A DNA stretch of 64,000 nucleotides from Camelus ferus (Eukaryota), in contig NC_045698.1 in the NCBI RefSeq assembly GCF_009834535.1, forward strand, positions 5,272,001 through 5,336,000, written 5' to 3'. Both the position numbers and the translations under genes were made by a program. The notes under the pieces were generated by a model. The model saw only the letters and a list, made by a program, of their open reading frames with translations, was not told the origin of the DNA and searched no databases. Shown piece by piece: positions 27,472 through 38,007 of this stretch; the stretch's first letter is position 1, and the number at the start of each line of letters is the position of its first letter.

Positions 27472-27567
27472 AAAAGAACATATATGTATGTATAACTGAC
27501 TCACTATGCTGTACACCAGAAACTAACACAACATTGTGAATCAAATATACTTCAAGTGAAAAAAAAA
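27472..27567 (+). mobile_element. Very short L1 3' end
   Basis: 'tgctgtacaccagaaactaacacaacattgt...cttcaa' plus A tail. TSD taaaatgagcagcat (27457-27471) / taaaatgaacagcat (27568-27582). Confidence 0.85.
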
Positions 27568-28529
27568 TAAAATGAACAGCATTTATTCCATGTTCACTAT
27601 CCCACATCCCACGTAATAACTTCTCTACGATTTGATCTGTGGGTAGTTCTTTATTTCTCCCCAATGAAATCAATCCCTATGTGATTTTAATTATTTAACT
27701 TTCAAGTCAGACAGTTGAGAAGCAAGGGTAGAATTTTGCAACTGGAAATGAAATCATTATTAACACTTTGATTCTCAATTGTAATAATAATTGTTCACAG
27801 TTATCAACAGCATCCCCAGTCTTATTTTAAATCCAGTCTTCTAGCTCTTTGAATTCCAAATCAAACACCAGAAAATGTTTTGATTCATCTGGTTTTTGAT
27901 AGAATGATGTTAATTTAAAATGTGCTACACGTTAAGATACAGGTGAAAATGGGAGGGAAAGTTGAGGCATTTGTCGGTGGTGGAGGTGATTTGGCATGTG
28001 GTGCGCTGTGTACTTATTCTGGCAATTTCCCAAAGGCAGGCTCCTCTGAGCAGAACTAACTACACGTGAGCCTATTCAGTGATTTTTTTCCTCCTTCATG
28101 ATCTGCTCCCAGTGGAGCATGCTCCGGTGGCATGGGGTATTCAGAAGGGAAATGGAGGAGGATTTATGTTTAGTATTAATTACACAACTGAGAAATAGCT
28201 CTCTCTATCAAAGAGCTGCCTGAAAAACTTTGTATTGTCCGCGGTGCGTGTGGCGGAGACGTCCGTGACAGCATATGAATCAAACTAATTGTAACTCTCA
28301 CTCGGTTATGGAAAAAAATGACATTTGCGTTCTTCTAAATTAAGTCTTTCTCACACAAATTACCGGTTGCCACCGTAAATCAAGCAACATGTGTTCTGAA
28401 TTCTGACGGCTGGAGGATCAGCTCTGGAGTGGGGATATGAGATACCTTTGTTTGCAGCTAAACTCAAGTTGACTTTTTTTTCCCTTTATCTAAAAATAAG
28501 TGTTACAGAACCATTGCTTCACCAACTTC

Positions 28530-28672
28530 TACAGTGAGAAGGATTTGGGATTGTTTGGTCCAACTCCTCTGTGTTAGGGCGAGGAAAATGAGGCTCAGGG
28601 AGATGAGAGGCTGGCCTGGATTCTCATCCAAAGAAGTGGCCAGTTCAGACTTGAATTCCCAAATTCTGGCTT
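28530..28672 (-). mobile_element. MIR-family fragment
   Basis: 'gaggaaaatgaggctcagggagatgagaggctggcc...gacttgaattccca'. Confidence 0.6.
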
Positions 28673-29100
28673 GTGCAGTGGTCTTGCTGCCCCGCCGTCC
28701 TCATCATGTGACAAGATGGCCACCTCTTGGACAAACAGCCACTTAAATCCAGGATGTGGATTTAAATCCAGATCCTTGCATAAGACAGTATCATCAAAAC
28801 GCGAGGAGGTGGGGGAGCCGGGATTTGCTTCCAGACTTGAGAACATCCAAGCATGTGCTTGAAACTCCTACCCTTTCTGTCTCAGCCTAGTGCTTGATGA
28901 GAACTTGAGTTTTTAAGAAGATCTATAATATGGTGTTTATTGTAAAGCCCAGCATGTTGAGAAACACGAGACGGATTATGGAAATAACATATACCCTTTA
29001 TTGTCACTACTTCAGTTGTCAGTGACAGTTCTAATGTGTCTGTGGTGCCTTCAAGTGTGATTTCCGAGAGAACTCTCTCTACATCAGGAGACATCAAACC

Positions 29101-29558
29101 ATAATGGAATACTACTCAGCCATAAAAAAGAATAAGATAATGCCATTTGCAGCAATGTGGATGGACCTGGAGATCATCGTTCCAAGTGAAGTAAGCCAGA
29201 AAGAGAAAGAAAAATACCATATGATATCATTCATATGTAGAATCTAAAAGAAAAAAGGACACTAATGAACTCATCTACAAAACAGAGACTCACAGACATA
29301 GTAAACAATCTCATGGTTACAGGGGAAAGGGGGTGGGAAGGGATAAATCTGGGAGTTTGAGATTTGCAAATGTTAGCCACTATATATAAAAATAGATCTA
29401 AAAAAACAAATTTCTTCTGTATAGCACTGGGAACTATATTCAATGTCTTGTAATAACCTTTAATGAAAATATGAAAATGAATATATGTATGTGTATGCAT
29501 TACTGGGACATTGTGCTGTACACCAGAAATAGGCACATTGTAAAGGACTATACTTAAA
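29101..29558 (+). mobile_element. L1 3' end (ORF2 end + 3' UTR)
   Basis: 'aatggaatactactcagccataaaaaagaa...gccatttgcagcaatgtggatggacct...gaactcatctacaaaacaga...tgctgtacaccagaaa'. Confidence 0.92.
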
Positions 29559-29828
29559 TTTTTTTTAACATTTTTTATTGCGTTATAGTCATTTTACAAT
29601 GTTGTGTCAAATTCCAATGTAGAGCACAATTTTTCAGTTATACATGAACATGTATATATTCATTGTCACATTTTCCTTTCGCTGTGAGCTACCATAAGAT
29701 CTTGTATGTATTTCCCTGTGCTGTACAATATAATCTTGTTTATCTATTCTACATTTTGAAATCCCAGTCTGTCCCTTCCCACCCCCCACCCCCTTGGCAA
29801 CCAGAAATTTGGATTCTAAGTCTATGAG
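29559..29828 (-). mobile_element. Second L1 3' end (different subfamily), tail-to-tail with the previous one
   Basis: T-run, then 'ttttattgcgttatagtcattttacaatgttgtgtcaaattcc...tcccttcccaccccccacccccttggcaacca'. Confidence 0.85.
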
Positions 29829-29989
29829 AAATAAATTTAAAAAGATACAGGTAGAAGGTCAGATCTAGGCGCCATCTGCTTCGTCAGGACCTTGTGGGCT
29901 GAGAAAGTGTTTTACTTTGTTAGATGACTCTTTTAAAAGATCAGAAGAACCGTAATATGTCATGACACGCGAACATGACATGAAATGAA

Positions 29990-30540
29990 GGGTCCCGCCC
30001 CCGTAAGGGAAGCGCGGGCTCCCGGCGCGCGTTCCCGCGTTGTCCGTGGCGGCCTCCCTGCTGCGGCGCGGAGCCGGCTGGCTGTGCGGACGCGCTGCGG
30101 TACCAGAGCTGAGGTGTTTATGTCCTGGCCCTTCGCAGAAGGAGGTGGCCAGTCCTGCGCGAGGCTGTGAGGGCGGAGACTGCCATCCGCCGTTTTCTCC
30201 CAGCGGTAGAGCTCTGCTTCCTACTGGGAGGCGGCAGGATGCTCGCATCCCCACCTCGCCCTAGAGGGACGGCTCGTCGCCGGAGGGCCAGCCTCGGAAG
30301 CCGGCCAGCGCCCCTCCTGCTGCTTCGTGGTTTAGGGGCAGCTGGGTGACGGGCATCCCGAGACGGCAGCAGTGGGGGGCAGGCAGACAGAGAAGAGACC
30401 AGAGAACGTTTAAGGAGTCTTGAGCAGCAGGTGGGGCACTGGAGATGGAGAGGCAGCGGGGAGCCAGACGGAGCCGGGAATGTCTGTTCCCTCTCGGACC
30501 CCAGCAGTCGTGCGCGGCCCTGCGTCCTGACCACCTCGCT
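29990..30540. promoter_or_regulatory. Intronic CpG-island-like segment
   Basis: About 20 CpGs counted by eye in 29991-30110; GC- and CpG-rich through about 30540. Regulatory function is not demonstrated. Confidence 0.6.
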
Positions 30541-30565
30541 CCCTGTGCTCCTGTTGAAGGGCTCT

Positions 30566-30951
30566 GGCAGGGGCTGAACTGAGTCCCTTCATATGCTTCA
30601 TATGCTGAAGCTCTAACCCTCAGCAGCTCAGTGTGACTGCGTTTAGAAATAGGGTCTTTAAAGAGGGCATTACATTTTAATGAGCTCATTAGAGTGGACC
30701 CTAATCCAGTCTGGCTGGTGCCTCTGTAAGAAGAGGAGATTAGGACACAACACGCACAGAGGGAAGGCCACGTGAAGACGCAGGTTGAAGGTGGCCGTCT
30801 GCAAACCAAGGGGAGAGGCCTTGGCAGAAACCAGCCCTGCTGACACCTTGATCCTGGCCTTCCAGCCCCCAGGGCCGTGAGGAAGTATGGTTCTGCTGTT
30901 TAAGCTGCCCCGTCTCTGGTACTTCCTTATGGAAGCCCTGGAAAATCAATA
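30566..30951 (+). mobile_element. MaLR solo LTR (MLT1A/B-like)
   Basis: 'catatgctgaagctctaaccctcag...gggtctttaaagagg...ccctaatccagtctggctggtg...gacaccttgatcctggccttccagcc...aatcaatac'. Confidence 0.85.
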
Positions 30952-31211
30952 CGGGGTCATTATGGCCACCTTGGCAGGCACACGACTCAGAGGCAGGCAT
31001 GTCCCTTGTTTTGATCAGCACACAATAGTCTGCATATGCTTGTAACAAAAACATGGGGTGATTCTCCAAGATTCGTGAGTTCCGATGCTTCCCAGAGGAC
31101 TGGAATTACGGCTTTTTTTTATTGACCAGATTATTTTGTCCCACTCTTCAGCAAAGCTAAATTCTAAGCACATGCAGTGTACCCGACAGGCAGTGAAGTG
31201 GGGTGCCTCAC

Positions 31212-31426
31212 ACGGGTGTTCCCAACCTCAGCACTGCTGACGTGTGGAGCCAGATCCTCCTCTGCCGTGGGGCCGCCCTGTGCACTGTAAGGTGCCGAGC
31301 AGCGTCCTTGCCTGCAGCCCACTGCGTACCAGTAGCACCCTCCAGATATGACAGCCAGCAGAGTCTCCAGCTCTGCCCAGTGCTCGCTAGGGAGGTGCAG
31401 GGTTGTCCCCCGTTACAACTACCAGT
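31212..31426 (+). mobile_element. MER20 DNA transposon
   Basis: 'tcccaacctcagcactgctgacgtgtggagccagat...ctgtgcactgtaaggtg...gcccactgcgtaccagtagcacc'. Confidence 0.75.
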
Positions 31427-33689
31427 ATGGACTGAGACCCTTACACTCTTCCCTTCTTCCTTCCAGGATCAGTTGCGGCAGTGATAGGTTTATTTCCTAA
31501 TTTATTGCTATTTCCTATAGCAGGAGCACCCTTTAAAGTAGCTAGTGCAACACACTGTTTCCACCATCCAGAGATCACCACCCCTCAGGCAGAAACTGAG
31601 AATGCCTTTTAGTTTGCCTCTCTCTGGGTTTGTAGGTATTAGTAAGAATTTTTTGGATTTTTGTCTACTCAGTGAGACTGCTTAGAGGGGTGGGTCGGGT
31701 TAAGAGCCAAGCCTACCCCACCTCATGCTCAGCTCCGGAATCTTCTCTTTCTCTTTTTGGCCATTGGTTCCCGGAGTTTCTGATACTGGGCCATGGTGGT
31801 GTAGGTGGTGAATTTTCCTGGTCGCTTTTCATAAACATGGGCCCATTATGTTAGGTGTTGTGGGAGGGAAGTTCTGCCTTATAGTTTTTAAATGGCATCT
31901 AAATCTGGCCATCTATCTTATTTATATAATTAGAGTCATCAACAAACAGAACCATAATTACTTATTATTTAGTAAGTGCAATAAACATCCAGAATTGCAA
32001 AGGCTCCATAAATAAAATGCATTATCTCTGCCCACTTCTCCCTCCCCCCAAAGTAATTTAGACTGTAACCGGGGGGACCAGTGGAAGTGGGAGAGTCAGA
32101 GAATAGTTAAACAAGTGGGCACTGCTGACAGTGAAACAAATCCTCGTTCAGAGAACAGAACCAGGCATGTGGGCTTGAACTAGTCTAAGGAGATTTCTGA
32201 CCAGCGAGGCTGCCGTACAGGACTCCCTACGTGCTGGGCATGTTCTGAGCCCTTTCTGAACATTAAGCCCTTTAACCCCATGGCAGCCTCAGTACAGAGG
32301 GCTCTTCTCACCCCCGTTAAGATGAGGGGTAAGAGTGAATCTTAAAGGAGAAGGAAGAATGAAGCGAATGTAACAGGAGAGAGTGTTCTGAGAGAAATTA
32401 ACAGACCCAACTGTGGAACGTTAATGAGTGAAAACAGTGGGACGTCCAGTAGGTGAGACTGGATTGGGTGATGGATGCTGTGAAATTGCTTAGACTGGAA
32501 GTTTTTTTACCTGGAGTGGAAGGGTTGTGAGTTCCCTAGGTAGGTGATGTGGTTAATGTTGTTTTTGATGGTGGGTTGATGTTGTAAGCAGTTAATAGCT
32601 GGCAGGTGCACAGTTGTACTGATAAAAGCATTAAGCTATGGTAGAACATTTGTAAATTCAAGTATCTATTATTGTGATTTTTTAAATTATTTCAACAGCT
32701 AATAGATAATTCCAGTGCACTCTTTAACCATATGGTACTTTAAAATGGATTTTTTTTTCTGTAGCTTTGCAGTATTGAGTAAAGGATGACTGATGATCAG
32801 GAATCTTACTTTATGTGAGTTTCATGATTTTGAATCCAAGTTGCACAAGAAGTTTGAGGTCCATCAGTTGAATTGAAAGTTTTGGATGCTTCTGCTCTAT
32901 CATAATTGCCTATTTCACATACAAAGAACTTCTTTGGGCAGTGTGGTGTGGTATGCTTTTATCAGCTACCAGAAAAGTAGTTTAGCAAAATCATTAAACA
33001 AAGAACAGAACATTCCCAGATATTTCCACAAATCACTTAAGAGTGAATCATCAAACATATCAGAATGCCATTTCATTCATTTTCCCCTTTCCTTTCAAGA
33101 TTGTTTACTGAAGAAATCTCTTTAATCCTATCCAATTTTTGTTACTTTTATCTTCTCAACAAAAAGTCGGCATTAGTTTAAAAACTCCCAGTTGTTCTGG
33201 GCTTATTCATATGAATTTATATCTAAAACAATCTTAAAATAAATTGAAAGTGACTCATTGCATCTGGAGACAGCTGCTTAATTTCCACTGTCTATATTGT
33301 TTCCTTTAAGGCATGTCTAAGAATTGTTTACTAAGTGTTAATTTGGAGTACTGAATGAAGGCCAAAATGTGAGTGCCGTGGTAGAGAATGAAGTAGCATT
33401 CTCCTCAGTGCCTCACCAAGATCCAGCCCTGCGTCCTGCCCTGCAAAGTCTAAGCTCAGCCTGGAGCATGTGTTTGGATGAGAATGGGAGGAAGAGAGAG
33501 AAGCTATGTGCAGAGCTGGACAGGAGGTAAATTCACAGAAAGTCAAGTTGGAGCCAACATAGCTGAGACCTGACTTGATCTAGAGCCACGGGAGTCCTCG
33601 TGGAGAGGCCCTGCGCTTCCAGGGCATGTAGACATTATTCACGCTTGGCTCCACCATGACTTTGGAACCATGAATGTTGGAAGCATCAG

Positions 33690-34170
33690 TCATCCTATCT
33701 GTGTCTGATGGAAAACACTGCCATTTTTTGCCACTCCTCAAACCTAGGCAAGTGTGTTTCTCGCTTTGACTAATAGAATATGGGGAAATAACGCTCTGTG
33801 AATTCCGGAGCCAAGGCCTAATGAGGCCCTGAGATTCCCTCTTGCTTTCTGGGACCACTGCCCTGAGATCACCATTAGGAAGGCCGTCAGCCTAATGGAG
33901 GCTGAGTGGTTACAGGGAGAAGAACCAAGGCCCCGCCGCCAGCCAGCAGCACCTGCCAGAAAAATAAGGCCCCTGCTGGGCCTTCCAGCTAGGCTAGCCC
34001 TCAGCTGAGCACAGTCCTGTGGCCGGCCCGCAGCAAACCCAGCAAAGGAGCCAGCCAGCTGGTCCACAGACTCATGAGAAAAAAAAAAAGAAGAGGAAGA
34101 AGAAGACACGTTATTGTTCTAAATCGCTGGTCTTGGGGTGATTTGTTTTGCAACAACAGGCAACCGAAAT
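33690..34170 (+). mobile_element. MaLR LTR (MLT1G/H-like)
   Basis: 'gctttgactaatagaatatgg...ccacagactcatgagaa...ttggggtgatttgttttgcaacaacagg'. Confidence 0.7.
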
Positions 34171-35319
34171 CCATTTCTAATCCAAACCAGGCCTGAGGTC
34201 AAGTTGGCGTGGACCCGGGAGCTGGCGAGAATAACATGCTCTTTTCCTTGGAAAACACTGCAGAGGATTCAGTGTTGAACCGGATACCAGCCTTTCACAC
34301 GCCAATTCAGTGTTCCAAAAATACGTTTCCTGGTGGACACATGTTTTTTGTTGGCGTGACAACGTTGAGGATCCCCAAGCTTATGTATGCTGATGTCGTT
34401 AATTCAAATTAATCAATAAATACATCGATTTTTAGTGTCATTGAGCGTCTTCTCACTAGCCATGGCTTTCATTCCCCTGCCGATCTTAGTTTTTGTTTCC
34501 TGGCAGAAAACATGCCCTCTTTGCACTTGGACTGGACTGCAGTTCGTAAGTTATGCGTTCCCTCTTCGGCACCTCCGGGATGGGCTCGGGGCTGCGTCCT
34601 TCCCATCATGCCCAGTGCTGGGGTCAGCAGCGGGAGGAGCCTTCCCGGCGGAATTTGCATCAGCACTTGGACTTGTACCTGCAGAGTGACGACAAGGAGA
34701 GTGCTCCTCAGCTCTAGGAAGATCAGACAGGAGAACACCTTTAAGAAAAATACATGAAGAAAACATGTACATGCACGCATGGCAACTAACGTGTACTGTG
34801 ACAACATTACAGGGTACCTGTCTGTACGTCTCTATCTGTAGGTATGTAAGTGTCTGTAGATACGGACATATGTGCACATATATGATACACATGCATTATA
34901 TAGACACATGTATTTGTTATTTACATTCTTCCATCATTTCTTCTACTGTAGAAAAGCATAGGTTTTTAAAAATTACCACCCCCCCAAAAATTTCAAAATG
35001 TATTTCCTTTCTGCCACTGCTCAAGGATGTCTCCCCATTTCTTCCCGACACCGTGCAGAGAGGATGAAACCTCCAGGTTGAAGGGCCCGCAGAGATGCAC
35101 TCAGACTCCTCTCAGGATGCTAGGAGGACGCTGGCAGCCAAGGAAGTTACACGCTGGCCACTCCTATAACCCACCGTCCACTTAGTGAGTGACAGAGCTG
35201 AGGCCAGAATGCTCTCTTGACTTCCATCATTGAAAAAGCAGACTATTTAACGAGCTTCCCAGCAGAAATCTTGTTTGATGTGTAATGAGGCGTTCGTCAC
35301 ACATCCAGGCATCCCTTCC

Positions 35320-36330
35320 TGTGTCTGTCCGACAGCTGTTTATTGTCTACTGTGTGCCCGACTCTGTCCCATGCCGAGAACATAATATAGAGGAAGGGCC
35401 AGTCTAGGCACAGCGACACCTACAACTTTGGGCAGGAAAGTAAACAGATGATTTCAGTGGAGCTGGGAGGTAAACACTGGGTGCCAAAACAGTACACAGC
35501 ATCTAACCAGCTGGGGGTGATGAGAGACTGTGCAAGACAGCTCTCAGGGAGGGCGTGGTAGAGGAGGGGTGGGTGTGTGATTGGGAGCTTGGCAGAGGAG
35601 TTAGCAGGGCTCGCCTTAGTGAAGGGCGGTGCCGTGGGTGGGAGTGCTGTGGTGGAGCCTAGAGTTCAGGTCCCAGGAAAGCATCCTCTCCAGGGAGAGG
35701 TGAGCACAGCTCCAGGCTGGGGCTGCATGTGGTTCAGAGGAGCTGGGCCACAGGCTCGAGATGGAGGAGGAAGAAACGAAGCAGGTGGAGTTCTTGGGGG
35801 TATAGCATGTCTTTTTAATATACTGGAAATTTTTTTAATAGAATCTTTTTACTTAGAAAAAAACCGAAAAACAGCAAATTTTCTGACCACACACGAGAGG
35901 GCTCTGGGTAGGGAGAGGTGTCCCTCCCTTCCAGGCCTGGCCTCCAGCTTATGTGATTTTGACAGCAGTAAGGGGTGTGGACTAATGGCCCCCCAAATTA
36001 AAACAGTGTATGTGGGAGGGGAGACAAGGGGTGAAGAAGCAAAGGGGAACGGTGGGGAGAAGGGTCAGTAGATGCATTCAGAGCTGGGACAGATCTGACT
36101 TGGCTGCGTCACGTTTTAGAAAGAGTTCTGCTGCAGGAGAGAAAAGGTGAGGTTGAGCAGGGGGCAGGAGGTGGGAAGGCCAGTTAGGAGACCATCTGCT
36201 CATCAGGTGGGTGGTGGAGGCAGCCAAGAACTGGGTAGGAGCAGGAGGTCAAGGGAGCGGGGCAAGTTCCCCCGTGTGAAGGACACGACATCCTGCCTCA
36301 CTGGACGTGGGGCGGTGAGAGGGAAGAGAG
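35320..36330 (-). mobile_element. Fragmented L2
   Basis: 'tttattgtctactgtgtgcc', 'caggtcccaggaaag', 'acagatctgacttgg...ttttagaaagag...ggaaggccagttaggagacc'. Confidence 0.6.
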
Positions 36331-36831
36331 ATCAAGGCTGAGAGCAGCTTTCTGCTCAGGCGGCTGGAAAGATGGTCAGCCTTCAACTGAACAAAAGGCA
36401 CAAGGGGATGAACAGCTCCGGGAGGGAAGGTGACGGTTTCCATCTTGGAGATGCAGCATTTGACTTTTCTGCATGTAAGAGACTGCTGTTTTTTCTCCCA
36501 AGATCCATTATCTTTTTCTTCTTTACTATGAGGATCTTTTTACCTGGGCATATGCCACCCTGAACCAAGGCATGTCCCAGCATCCCTCAGAGGCGGGGAC
36601 GGCCCTGTAATGGCCTCTGGCCAATGGTATGTAACCACAAGTTACGGTCTGTTTTGGAGGCATGCCCTCGAGAGCTGCTGTCCTCCGCTCTGGAAGGATG
36701 GAGGCAAGAAAGCAATTGAAGTGATGGGCTATGGAGTCCAGGGTGGAAAGGAATGGAGTAAGGAAAGCGGAGGGGCAAGGGGGAACAAGTAGTCAGGTTA
36801 ACGGTCCAAAGGAGGAGACTCACATTTAGAG

Positions 36832-37089
36832 CAGTGGTTCTCAGTCAGGGGAGATCTTTGCCACCGGTGTTCCCCCGAAGAGCATTTGGCAGTGCCTAGA
36901 GGTGGTTGGGTTGTTACCAGTGGGGATGGGATTTCTACTGGTGCCCGGTGAGTAGGCGCTACTAGCGTCTAGCTCAGGTCTAGGTCTAGGGAATAGATGC
37001 AGTTAAACATCCTGAAACGCACAGGACAGTCCCCACAACAAAGAACGCTCCAGCCCCAAATGCCAATAGTGCCAAGGGTGAGAGGTCAG
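36832..37089 (-). mobile_element. MER20 DNA transposon with 8-bp TSD
   Basis: Starts cagtggttctca; 'aaacatcctgaaacgcacaggacagtccccacaacaaagaa...aaatgccaatagtgccaagg'. TSD atttagag (36824-36831) / acttagag (37090-37097). Confidence 0.88.
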
Positions 37090-37475
37090 ACTTAGAGGAC
37101 AAGCCGACAAGGTAAATACATGCAATGAAATTACATGCCCTACCTAAAGGCGTTCAGATTCTTCCACCTGCACCCCGACAAAGCCGGACGAGCGCTCTCT
37201 GCCAGCCAGTCAGAGCTCATCTGCCTGGGGAGGCTCGGCCGCAGGCTGCCAGTTTGCTTCCTCTGGACTTGAAATTTCAATGAATTCTTAAGACAGTATA
37301 TGCTGAGAGTAAGAAAATGAGTCAGCAGACACACCAAATCAAGGTTTCCTGCTACGTTCCCTGTATGATTTAAACTTGAGTTATCATATGTAACTAACAG
37401 TAAACTGTTACAAGATGTTTTGCTTAAATTTTAGGAGCGCCGAGCCATCATTTATTTTTCTTTGTCAGATAGCCA

Positions 37476-38007
37476 TGTGTTAGGGAAGGAGAAATCCACC
37501 CCCACCCCACCCTCTTTTGGCTGGTCTAATAATTAAGTTGACATAAGACAGGTTAACAGGAGGAAAAAATACAGATTTAGTTCATACCTATGGAAATGTC
37601 AGAGAAATAGGCTCCAGTAAGTGGCAAACCAGGCAGTTTTTGTATTTAGACAAAGAAACAATACATTTGTGAGGAATTGACAAGGCAGAGAAACTTAGGC
37701 GTGGGTGCTTAATTAGTGAAGAACCTAATCAGAGTTTGGGCTTGGGGTGGTCCATTTAGGAAGTAACGAGATTTGTTCACAGGGGGGACTTTTGGCCCTG
37801 AATTCTCTGTCTCTGGCGATAAAGACGTCTCTCTACTGCGTGGTGCTGGCAGTGCACCTTTCATGTGGGAGATTTATTTGCTGCCTGTAGGCAGACAGAG
37901 GAGGGCAGAGTACCTTTTTTGCACTGACTGTTTTTTAAGTAACTTTAATTCAAAATAACCAAGATGCCACTGTGGCATATCTTGGGGTGGCCTGCTCTGA
38001 GCCCCAA
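37476..38007 (-). mobile_element. ERV1-type solo LTR (MER34-group-like)
   Basis: End 'ttcaaaataaccaagatgccactgtggcatatcttggggtggc...gagcccc' and 'taataattaagttgacataagacaggttaacagga' are typical of reversed MER34-group LTRs. Confidence 0.65.

Larger units (their letters stand above)
29085..30157 (+). mobile_element. MER58B-like hAT-Charlie element, split by L1 insertions
   Basis: 5' TIR-like caggagacatcaaac at 29085. Body resumes about 29846 ('agaagaaccgtaatatgtcatgacacgcgaacatgacatgaaat'); 3' end 'ctggcccttcgcagaaggaggtggccagtcctg'. Confidence 0.7.

Noticed and set aside
30118..30809. Long overlapping minus-strand ORFs (138 and 182 aa)
   Set aside because: Explained by stop-codon depletion in the GC-rich island and by MLT1 LTR sequence.
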